Part shown: one piece after another, positions 40,986-52,300 of the stretch
Position numbering within the stretch: the first letter of the stretch is position 1
Layout: every line of letters starts with the position of its first letter
Origin: Tubulanus polymorphus
Lineage: Eukaryota; Animalia; Nemertea
DNA length: 64,000 bases
Assembly: GCF_964204645.1 (NCBI RefSeq)
Contig: NC_134025.1
Coordinates: 27,756,299 to 27,820,298, forward strand
Direction: 5' to 3'
Notes under the pieces: model-generated
Told to the model about the DNA's origin: nothing
Seen by the model: only the letters and a program-made list of their open reading frames with translations
The model's database searches: none
Program-made: the position numbers and the translations under genes

Positions 40986-42434
40986 ATGTCTAAACGGACA
41001 CCAACTACATCGGCGAATAAAGAGGCCGGACTTCCAGCGGAGCAGCATCGAACATCAAACAGCAACGAAGGACAAAAAACTGTGAATAATGCGAGACCAA
41101 GTATTCAACCTGGAACTCAAAGACTAAGTTTACAACCGGCATCAAGAAGAACCAGTACTAAACCCCAAACCGGTCAATCTAAAAGTTCAAACAAATCAAC
41201 GAAGGTAAGAAGCGTTGAGTGAAGATTTTCATTCCGGAGGCGGCTCGACTTGATTATAACCCGTCTGTTAATGAAGCCGCCCGAACTTTTCTCATTTTGC
41301 TGTTTTTTATGGTATTGTATGACCTGGTGTCTGAATTTACTGAACAGAAATAGAAAACCATCCAGAAAGACCGAAAATCTATTCTATCATATTGAAATCA
41401 TTACATTATTACATTATTTCAGTCTTTTGACTGAACTAATATTAGTCATTAGTCATCATGGGCTCTTGTTATTGTCCTCGTGAGCAGTGACTGTCCAGTC
41501 GTGGTCACTGGTTGTCATGGTAAAACGTAAACAATACTGTAAGGAAACGCTATGGTAGGTTCGAACTGGACTCGAAACCGGCTCTGAGGTTATTGATATT
41601 ATTGTATACGAATCTTAATTTTTTGTGTATGTATCTGTCTGTTATTTAGGGAAATGAACAAGCATTGCTATCTCCAGAAAATAGGCAGAAATATTCCGTC
41701 TGTAAGTTATCTCAAGTCCATAATTGTTAATCCAGTTCACCCTGATAGTAAATCCATTTGAATCTCTAACATAGTACGAACATTGGACATTTTACAGTTA
41801 CCGATGAAGAGGTAAAAGGGCTGACGAAACTTTATCAAACATTGGATAAGAGCGGGGGCAAAGAAGGAATTGTGTTAGAGTTGTTCATCAGTCTTCCCGA
41901 TTTCGTCGGTTGTCCGTTTATTCGGCGCATTTGTGAAATTCATATTCCGAAAGGCACTGATAAGATCAGCCCAGAGGCTTATATGGATATATTGGCCGTT
42001 CTGTCTCCTAAAGCAGCCATAGATATGAAAAGGAAATGTGAGTTCAGTTCAAACATGTAAAACCTCGCGTATCAATTGGAAAAGAATTGGTACGATTGTA
42101 TTTTTCATTTTCAGTGGCGTTTAATGTTCTGGATATTCACAATCAAGGAGTTTTACGACACGATGAAATATTCCGCATGTTTAAACTGATCTTTCGTTCG
42201 GCATTGACAGATAACCAGATTCTCGACCTGGTACTGAGAGTTTTAAATAGAGGAGATATTGAAACTAGAGGCATGCTTACGTATACCGATTTCAACAGGG
42301 TACGATTTCTACTTCACAAAACCTGTCCTGTATTTTGTAAAGCGTAATTTTAGTGTCATCATTTCCTCTGGTTTCAGTTGACGAGTGATTCTGATATCCA
42401 CGCAAGATTTACAGCTAATCTTCAACTTCCTTAG
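40986..42434 (+). CDS. Divergent calcineurin-B-like EF-hand protein (250 aa using first exon 40986-41204; 178 aa using ATG-only exon 41552-41554)
   Basis: Common exons 41650-41701, 41798-42037, 42115-42299, 42378-42434 in consistent phase. The translation GNEQA..FTDEEVKGLTKLYQTLDK..FISLPDFVGCPFIRRI..LSPKAAIDMKRKLAFNVLDIHNQGVLRHDEIFRMFKLIFRSALTDNQI..DIHARFT is colinear with calcineurin B (FDADEIKRL..FMSLPELQQNPLVQRV..KLRFAFRIYD..DIHKKM). Confidence 0.85.
41511..41533 (+). promoter_or_regulatory. X-box (RFX)-like motif with an adjacent forkhead motif
   Basis: GTTGTCATGGTAAA (41511-41524; one mismatch to GTTGTCATGGTAAC) then GTAAACA (41527-41533), just upstream of ATG|GTAGGT at 41552. Confidence 0.45.
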
Positions 42435-43315
42435 GATGTGATCCAGTGCAGCGCCAGAGTCTAGTCGCATTTTCCATGTATCATTTTTTCAAATAAATAA
42501 TTCATTTCATAAGAGGCGTTTTTGCGTCTCTCCGAAGCTACTAGATTCATAGATCCAATATCAAAACAAAAATGCAAATCATCTTATATTAAATAATCAT
42601 TTATCATATCATTATAATGTAATTACATACATTACATTTATGCATTATTCATCAAAATGTTGACAATTCGATGTCGCTGTAATTACATGAAGCATCTATA
42701 AATCGCATATAAAGTGCAGCCTCTCATAACATCCACTAACTACAGAAACTAATACTGTTGTTAATGCTAAAATAAATAACTATCATTGTCAATGTACAAG
42801 ACACAGTATTTTTAGTGCAGTGACAGAAAACCAAAAATGATAACTCAACACATGTACAAAGCACCAGCATTCTTGCATATGAAATTTTTTAGCCCCGAAG
42901 AGAGAAGAATGTTCATCGCCTAAATATTTCAATCATAGTTACTAAGTCGCACATAATGTGGTTTTAATGGAATTGATAAAACCGAGTGGAATATTGAACT
43001 ATTACACAGCACACATTGAAACCGAGAGGGAGCTACACTTATTATTTCACGAATTCAACACACATTTTATCCAAATATTCCAAATATCCACCGGGTTTCA
43101 CTCGATTTGTCAGGAATCTTGAATTAATCAAAAAGTTCAATAGATTTCAACAAAGATCTATTACACGTTACTGTGTCTTTCTTTCATCTAATTATTGCCA
43201 GTAGTAAAAACTGCCTTTATTTCGACCATCGTTTTCTATGTACATATACTGCATGTTTTGTACCTGTCCGCGCGATGTTAGAGACGATAAATAATTTCGT
43301 TTTTAGCGTCTAATT

Positions 43316-45436
43316 TCAATGGCTGAATATGTCTTTTGCTGGCACGCGTTGTCCATCTTGACGAATGATAACTGGTCCCCGATAATAACGCATGAACAAA
43401 CTCGATCCACGTTTCAGTTCACCCTGTAAATAAATTCCCATACAAATATTACCAACTGCACAAACAGAAACATTTTTTAACGAATTCTCTGATTTTTTTA
43501 CTCTTTTTTACCAGACACGTGTTACCTGCTACAATTTTAATACTACTGTTATGATAAACTTACCATACGACTCAAATGCGCCCAACAATCTTGCCATGAA
43601 GTATAATTCGGCATGTGTGGTGGAGTTCCAGCAGCCAGTCTGTAACAATATCAAACACATATGAATGGTAGTTTTTTAGAAACAATACGAAATATTCAGT
43701 TGCGATATGTTGAATGCATAAAATACCTACCCACTGTTGTTAACAGACATAACATTAGCGACCAATTGGAATGGATAAGTGAAATGAGTCACCAATAACT
43801 GAAAATATGACGGAAAGCTCGCATACATTTCAATGCATATAGGGATAAACATGTGTGCGAAAGTAAAATGAATTCATGATAAATTACTTACTCCAGACGC
43901 TATACTCGTGTAAGGCATCAAATTCTGTAATTCAAACAATATTTTACACTAAGTGATAGCAATAGATTTACTGGAATCTTTTTACATTCGTAATATATTT
44001 ACACACCTTATCTTCAATTGTATAGTTATTGATTATATATGTAGTAAAATTCGCTAACCAAATCGTCAGTACTTCTGCTGCTAACCTCGGTATTATACCA
44101 CTAAAATCAATAAACAAACAATTCACTTAGACCTCGAATACCCGATTCCAAAGAGCCACATTCTTTTACTTACGCAAAAAAACCCAAAATTCCCTCTTTT
44201 TCATAAATATCTTGAAACGAACTGAATACTGAACTGAAAAGATAGAAAAGTGTTGAATTTACACCTTTGAATGACAATGACGTCAATTTTTTAAAGGGAA
44301 TATTTGTATTTACTTGTATTGTGTTTCTCGTCCAATAAACTGAGCCATACTTCTCACCATTATCACTACGAATAATCAAGGTCATGTTTTAAGATAGAAT
44401 TTTACGAATAAACTAAAACTTCATAATTCGATTTATTTACAGTATTTACCTTGGAAGGGTTGATTAACGATGATACCCGCAACTCTAGCTACCGTTTCTT
44501 TTGATGTCTAAAACATATCAAGAAATTATTGAGCACCGGTAATCTAACTAAGGCAAAAACACCCTCTTCCACTTTCTACAAATTCTACTTCTATAACACT
44601 CACATCTTTAACAAATTTTCTAAGAGATTTGATTATTGTGTCTTCATCATCACCATCTAGTTCGGCTTTGACTTCATTCTCCTCTTCCGAAAAAAGATCT
44701 TCCAGTTTCTAGGGAAAAGTATTTGATTGTTCCGTTTAAGAATTTCTTACAAAATATAATCTATTCTCGGATTTGGGTCGACTAAGACCTGAACTACACA
44801 ATAAGAGGACCTAAAATGCGCGCAATCAAATTCAAGTTTTGTTTTTACCTCATTTACGTAATTTGTAGCGAAAGTTGAAAGCACACCTCCATAAATGCGA
44901 GGTACGAGACCTCGGTACATTCCAAAAAATCCATCAACACTTTTTATGTACTTAACTAAAATACAGATGACAGTGGACACCAATGTACAGCGAAGAAACA
45001 AACCGGTAATGCCTTTTTAGGCTTGATCATTTTGACATTTTTGATTTTGCGATTTTCACTACTGATTCTTTAACGAAAACCACTTACTGTATTTGAAGAC
45101 GTTGGGATAGGCCAAAGCTTCCTTGCCAAAGAAAGTTGTCGTAGGTTTTGGAGCAATTGGTTCATGTCCGAGCTGAAAGTATTATCATGTATGTATCACA
45201 TCGTATATTTTAGGGAGGAACGGACAAAACACAGACTATTTATTGAGAGGAAACGGAGAGAAAAATGCAAGTTGTGATTATGTCGCGAGGTTTTTTACCT
45301 GAATCAATGTTTTAGCATATCCGATTGGATGAAATACAGAAGTAACAACGATGCCCGACAGCACCTGCACCGGAGTTGTCGAGAATTGCTGCATTCCAGC
45401 AGCGGGATTTTCGACTTGACCTCTGCTGGCAGCCAT
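43316..45436 (-). CDS. MTCH2: Mitochondrial carrier homolog 2 (outer-membrane insertase, SLC25 fold), 327 aa, 12 exons
   Basis: Exons (high-low): 45436-45299, 45172-45088, 44955-44849, 44708-44604, 44507-44450, 44365-44314, 44233-44174, 44100-44007, 43924-43892, 43798-43731, 43639-43564, 43423-43316 (984 nt, all GT-AG, phases consistent). Motifs HPIGYAKTLIQLGHEP, VDGFFGMYRGLVPR, QPFQVIMVRSMAQFIGRETQY, EGILGFFAGIIPRL, TYPFQLVANVMSVNNSGLAAGTPP, WQDCWAHLS, LKRGSSLF. Confidence 0.96.
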
Positions 45437-46198
45437 TGTTAAATAACACGATAATGCGATAGATGGCGTATTGGTTTGGAGTGTTGAAACGTGTTCGAAT
45501 CCCATTCATTTCCTGAAATGCTCGAATTTTCTGGATCACGATTTCTGTACGCGGAAATTGTTCCATATATCGGTTAATTCATTCCAACAACAAATTCTAA
45601 GCGAAGAAATTGTAGAAAACCTGAAAGGTGTAAAAGCCACCTCAGCTTTGCGCTCAAATAAATGTAAGGACAGGTTCGAAAAAAATCATTTTCCTCGCAA
45701 ACCCTGGCAAAGGTTACGAAAATCATGAAAAAGTATACTTTTTACATATGTCAGTGATAAACAGCTTAGAATTATGAATTTTACTCTAAAATGCTGCACA
45801 TCCCTGGGACTCTTTATTCTAGTTGTACCTTGATGTTCTTTTCTGTTTCGACGTGAATGATTTCATAAAACAATGCCGAGAGTTTTTAAATAAATGAACT
45901 AGAAAATCTAACAAACCTTCTATTCTTGTTCCATACAAACTTTTGACGGCATAAATGAGCTATGTATAGTATTAATTTCGGCGCTATCGAGACAATGCAG
46001 CACTGAATGGCTGTATTGTAATATTTAGGACAACATTTGATGACTAAAGGTTTTTAGACTCTCAATTGTGACAGTACCCTCATATTGTGGTTCACCGGTA
46101 CTGAAACGGATCAATTCCTCCATAACTTTTTAGGATATTCATCATCTCTGGGGATTCCTTTACCTCGTTATTCGGATAAAAAGCCACAATAGCCAAAG

Positions 46199-48750
46199 AT
46201 GAGTTCCATGCGAGCACCGAAATCGGGATTAAGCCGTGATACGCATCAAAAGGTAAGGCAAATAAAAAGCTGCGGATGTCGTAATACATTTCTAAATAAT
46301 TCTTCAAAATCACATTACGCGTTTTCATTTCAGATAATGAATAAATATGATCAAGATGATGGTTCATTGTGTCTGGAATGGCTGAGAGAAATTATTCTGG
46401 AGAATTTGTACAACGGAGAATACTTCGAAGAAATAGACCTGAATGGAGAGGCAGAAAGCTTCTATAGACAGCTCAAAGATGGATATGTGTTAGCTAGGTA
46501 TATTGCATAAAATCATTTTGTTTTTTTTTCAAATTCATTCGCCAATTTATTGCAAAATTCACAAAATCGTAAAAAGTCATGATCTCATGATCTGACTCAG
46601 TTGGTCTATAGACCTATGTGTAGGCCCTGTAGGAATGTATAGATGTTTCAAAGCGCGGGGAAATGAATGAATTTTATCAAAATAAAAAATGCTCTTTGTA
46701 CGAGGTCGCATCAATGACGACAATTTGGGAGTTTTGCATTAAGTAGTCCATTTATCCACTGAATTGGACTCGACATAAGACCAGAGAAGATATTCAATGA
46801 ATTAACGGTTAAAAGGCAAAAATAGGCAGACACCCAGTGTCTTCGCAGGGGCGGACCCAGGAAATTTGGAAGGCTGAGTAAAGAAGAAAAGAAAAGGCAT
46901 CTTTCGGATGAAAGCTGCGATTGCATAGGCAACTATCTGGGTACCACCTGCGTTATTAGATATTTTTGAAGAAAACGTCCGAACTGTTGCAATTTCTGAA
47001 AACTTTGAAAAAATACATCCACGCAATTTCATGAGGATGAATTGTCAAATTTGCAGGTCATTACTATCTTTGTCTTGATGAAAAGGGCAACCTAAATTAG
47101 GAAGGCAGGGATCCTAAATCCGCCCCTGTTTCGTTGCATGTATCCCCAAAGCAAGGAAAGGATGTCACTTATAGCACGTTGACACCATTAAAATCATCAT
47201 TATGTCACAGCGGGTCTGGTGTAACAGCAATCACGCCGTTTCGCCTTCTAAATTACCCGTAATACAACGATTATCTGAAATTACTGAAAATTAGGCTACT
47301 TGATATATTTATAACGAATTATCATTGCAGATTATTTGATTTAGTGCGTGGCTTTTCTCTCGTTACAGCTCAAACTTCAACCATATTTTACCTCCTCTCA
47401 GCCAAATATAAATCAGGCGACACGATTTGTTTGGTGAATGATAATGAATAAATTTCTATCCGCCAAGGTTATAGTGACATCACGCACATTGTACAGAATT
47501 ACTGAGACAAACGCTAAACCTTGGAGTAATCATTTCCAATGATTACTCCAAGGCTGAACCATCCTGCGCCGTCATCGCGTGTCTAACATAGGATTCGATT
47601 CCCGGATCCAAATGGGAATTAAATGAGCTTTACTCATTAATTCTCGTTGATTAATATTGAATGTAGTTCATGCTTGTATACACGGTATTTACAGTCCTGT
47701 TTTGATCGCGGTTCTTTTAATTTTCAGATTAGCAAAAGCGCTCTTACCAAACAGCGTTCCCGACTCAAAGTTACGGCAACGCCCAACATTGCATTTCAAA
47801 CAAATGGAACTTATAGAATATTTCTTAATCGCAGCACGAGATTTCGGCGTCAGTGACCAGGAAGTATTTCAAACTTGTGATTTATACGAACGACAAAATC
47901 TCCATCAAGTGGTTGTGTGTTTAATGGCTTTAGCGAGAAAGGTTAGCTTTGTGTTTACTACTAATTATAGGCTTTTGTTCATTCACACTGAAATGTTTCC
48001 GGTATTTTGGTGCGTTTGAGTGTAGTTCGTTGCATTCCTTGTCTCAGATTCGGCACGGTCTGGGTAGGGGCCAATCTTGATCACAGCTTTATAGGCTGAC
48101 ACGGGAAAGGGGAAGTTCATCTACAAGCTAGACCCAGCTATAGAATTCTGAAACGTTTTGACTTAGTAGTTAGAAGTTAAATTGATTTAAACCACGACTC
48201 GCATGTCCACTGGCCCTGTTCCTTTTTTCTTAAATTAGGGATTGACAGATTTCGTTGATAATTTTTTACTCGACGCACCTGCCCGCAGGGTTAGTTCATC
48301 GAAATCCCCCGTTAGGGAACGGTTCGGTGCTGTGACCATGTTAGATGAGAATGGCGTTCGATAATGGGTTGACTTTGCACTCCCTGCCATTCGTGATGCT
48401 GAATGGCGTTTGACAAAACAAAACATACTCTGATCACTTGGTATACATTCGTGGGAAACGGGTATCATATCTGGACTTTCTTACATACGTACATCTTCAG
48501 CCTTCATTGAGATGATTATTCTAATAAAGTTTGAATTCAAATCTTGTTAAATTTTAATGCATTTTATTTCCAGTGTAAGGATCGGGGAATGACGGGATTT
48601 GGACCCAGAGAATCGCAAGCTAATGTACGCCGATTCTCGCAAGAACAGCTAAACGCAGGAAAGGGTTTCGTCAGTTTGCAGATGGGTTCGAACGCCGGAG
48701 CAAATCAGTCTGGCCTCTCTTTTGGTAAAACTCGTGGTATCGTTGATTAG
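46199..48750 (+). CDS. Calponin/transgelin-family protein (myophilin-like), 202 aa
   Basis: Exons 46199-46252, 46334-46497, 47728-47941, 48574-48750 (609 nt). MRAPKSGLSRDTHQKIMNKYD, LKDGYVLARLA, FKQMELIEYFL, FQTCDLYERQNLHQVVVCLMALAR, and calponin repeat GPRESQANVRRFSQEQLNAGKGFVSLQMGSNAGANQSG. Confidence 0.92.
46846..47128. mobile_element. Non-autonomous TIR element in intron 2 of the second calponin gene
   Basis: CAGGGGCGGACCCAGGA ... TCCTAAATCCGCCCCTG terminal inverted repeats. Confidence 0.65.
47513..47559. repeat. Perfect palindrome flanked by a near-identical 7-bp direct repeat
   Basis: GCTAAAC-[CTTGGAGTAATCATT-TCC-AATGATTACTCCAAG]-GCTGAAC. Confidence 0.85.
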
Positions 48751-49090
48751 TTGTGCAAGGCTTTCTGAATCGTTCACTGGCGGCCGCACTTTCGCTCTCA
48801 ACAGAAAATCTCAGCGAAAGAATTGCTATCAAAATTTTGTTGTATAGAAAAACCTAATCCTCGGTCACATCTCATGTATACAGCTTGGGTAAAAAATAAG
48901 TTATTTGCATAAAATATTATAAATGTATCGCATGGCAGTTCCTAGCGGATCATGATCATTAGGTGCTGCCACCTTCCGTTATCAGAAAAACTAAAAGTTA
49001 ACATTTTTCGTTCTTCCTGTTCACCATCCGAAATTCATGAACTCCTCAGTCATATATCATACCATTAAGTGGAGTGGCGTATTCATGTTT

Positions 49091-49325
49091 CAGGGGCGGA
49101 TCCAAGTGGAGGATGCAGGTGGTGGGGACCCCCTCCCCCTAAAAATGTAAAGTTGTCCTGAAATCTTGCGGGAAATGAAAAAAACTAGATACCTAAAAAT
49201 GTTCCAAAATGCATAAAGCTTGTTCTCAGTATTTCCAAAAATTAGTTTACTTTTTCCGATGAGCTTTCTCGGTGCCTATTTCGGGGGTGCACCCCTCCCT
49301 GAATCAGACCCTAGATCCGCTCCTG
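49091..49325 (+). mobile_element. Non-autonomous TIR element (MITE-like)
   Basis: CAGGGGCGGATCCAAG ... CCTAGATCCGCTCCTG; internal homology to 29094-29293. Confidence 0.75.
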
Positions 49326-52300
49326 TTAGTTTCTTATTGTATGTGTAGCAAACAGTTTGAATAAAAAAAAATTCGTCAGTACCGTTTATTATCATGTTTC
49401 GTCATAGCAGTCATCAAAGCTATTCCGCTTCCAACAGGTTGATGACACGTATATGATATGCCTGTCGGGAGTGGGGGTGTCAGATAAGTCCTTTTTCCAG
49501 ATTTGCAGATCAGAGAAATCATTTGCTCCAGGGTCGAATACTCGGCAAGAAAAATATTCATATATACATATTCAATAAAAACAAAATTTTTATTACTTTT
49601 CTTTTTGATATCTATTGAGAACTTAAAAAAGAACAATGTATCGCCGAAAATCTTCGTGTGGCGATACGTTCATAGTTAAAAACTATTTCAAATATACAAC
49701 AAAAATAATTAGCTTCAAAATTCTTCTTAAAACTTTATATTATGCTGTAAATTCAATAAAACTTTTCCTACGAAAAAAAGCTGAGATTTCTTTGCAATAA
49801 TTTACACTTAATATATGTTTTTAATACTGAACAATGAACTTGTTTTAACTGGAAGTGAATTATTCGTTACAGATCGAAATCCAACATTCACACTTTCATA
49901 GAAATCTTTACGAATAGCAGTTATAAAAATGAACGCGCAATAAATATCTGATGAAGCAGCAGTAGTTTATCCTAAGCGATTTTTTATAACAATCTCAATA
50001 TTCCCATATTATGCATTAGTACAAATTTAAATTTCATAGATTTTCCTCTAAGAACTGGTAATGTTTTTCAAACTATATTATCATTATTAGTAATTTATGG
50101 ATAGGTTTAACTCCGAGCAATTGAATAATAAAAATTTCCTGAGAGATAAACGTTTAACAATCTTATTTTAACAGAACATTTTAAAAACTTCAGTAACAGT
50201 AACTTATCAAAACAGTACACATTTCTCCGTATAGATGGCGGTTATGATGATGAATAACCCAACCTCGGCAACATATTGGACTCTCCCATGAAAGCTAAAA
50301 AGTTGTCCAGATGAGAAGATCCCTTTTTTTTTTATGATATCCAATAACAGACTTAATACTATTTTTGATCATTATAAAACGAATGCCCCGATATAACGAA
50401 GTCAATTTCATTCTAAAGGCAGTTGTATTTACATGAGCATAGCGGTAGAGTTTTTACAACGTCAGTTGTCTTTGTTTCTTTGCGTTCATCTACAACGCTC
50501 TTTGTCCTGTTATTATCTTTGCCAAAGGCAAAAAACTCTGGCTCTAAAATAAATATTTTTCTGTAGCCTATCGTCGTTTAAAATACATTAAAAATATGTA
50601 ATTAGCTCGCTAGTTTGCTGATCCTATTCAACTCTATTAATACTCCTTTATTGCGGAAATAAAAATGTCAACAGCGCTGCTAAAAAATAATATTTTAAGT
50701 GTCGTGTAGATTATTCACAATAGACGTGGTATAGGCAAGTTTCTAAACAGAAACCCTACAGGTCTTGCCATAAATTCTCAAGAACATTTGTGTTCGTTGT
50801 TCTTCTTGAATGAATATCCGCCTATAGAAAACTGAATTTCACTTTGAATCAACATGCCCTAATTCTAAGTCCGAATATTTCTATAAGAGTACTGGAATAC
50901 ACCGAGCTGTTTCTTTGTGAAGGATAATTATGCAAATATCAGACGCATACTTGCACGGGCTAGCCAGCCAACTAAAACAGCTTTTATTCAATACCGTAAA
51001 GAATTTGTTTGCTGGATTGGCACATCAAATAAAATTTATCTTCCCCACTGCACATTAAAAACATTTTATTTGACGACGCAATTACCCCAAAGCTTTCAGC
51101 TATATAATCTGTGACTTCATACTTAGTGCCTTATGACCTCTATGTACATATATATATATGTATATATATATATTAGTCGGTGAGCTATTTCAGGAATCAC
51201 ATACACCTGGCTTCAGTATTTCTGGTTAATGACCATGCAACACGAGTTTTCAGCTTTCCATCGCTTACTACTGTAAACAAATCTCATGCCTATACTTTTC
51301 GAATGCACCGAGATAATAAAATCTGTGAAGTAAGTTAGGTAGCACATCAAACTTAGGCTGATCTTCTATCGATTAGAATAAGTCTTAAGGAGATTATTTT
51401 TTAACTGCCCACAGGTTGTTACATAACTAGATGTATATGTTAGTAATAGATAAATCTTAGTGGTTAGATTCAAAGTTTACGATAATTTAGCTAGTCAATC
51501 AAATATGGTAATTAGATAATCAAGAATTTTAGCCGATTAAAGTTTGTGAAACCATTGGGAAAATAATTGTTCGTTACGGTTCAAATCACATTGTTTTTGA
51601 AGACACAGACATCATGCGGGCGCACTTTCAACTAGTGTGAATTCAAATCTGTTCACCCGTAACAACAATCTGATTCAGATATCTTTATTTCAGGCATGTC
51701 TTGTAGTTATGTAATATGAAGGCCTACATGTCTATACATGATGTCTATGTCAGTTCGGTCATGATTCGATGGAGCATGAAAATCATTACTGTGTTAATTA
51801 TGAAAATACAAGAACATAGAATCAATGCAACTTAAAATTATAGAACAAAGCAGTTTTATTAATTTCTTTCTGAATAATTTATTACAATCACATAACAATA
51901 TTGTTTAATTTGATTACGAATTAATAAATAATAAGTTAATATCTGATTTTTCATGCAATGCTTTCGTTCACTTTTTCACATGCAATAAATAGTATTTATA
52001 ATAAAAAAAAAACAAGAAAGGGTATTTGACAAACTGGTCGATAGTTGACTAAACAAAATATGAATAATAGTTTAGTTTGAATATGATTTTTAAATAAATA
52101 TCCCAAAATAAATAGTGCTGCAAATAAATTAAATTTTGTCAAGAATTATTTACAGAGGACTAAGTATAGGGGGATAAATTATATTACAAAGACCATAAAT
52201 AATGCAAGTCATGGATATTTCCTATGATGCATGTGTTTATGTCGTCAACAAAAGCATTGAAAAATAATTTTACAGAATTAGATACGATCTACCCGTGCAT

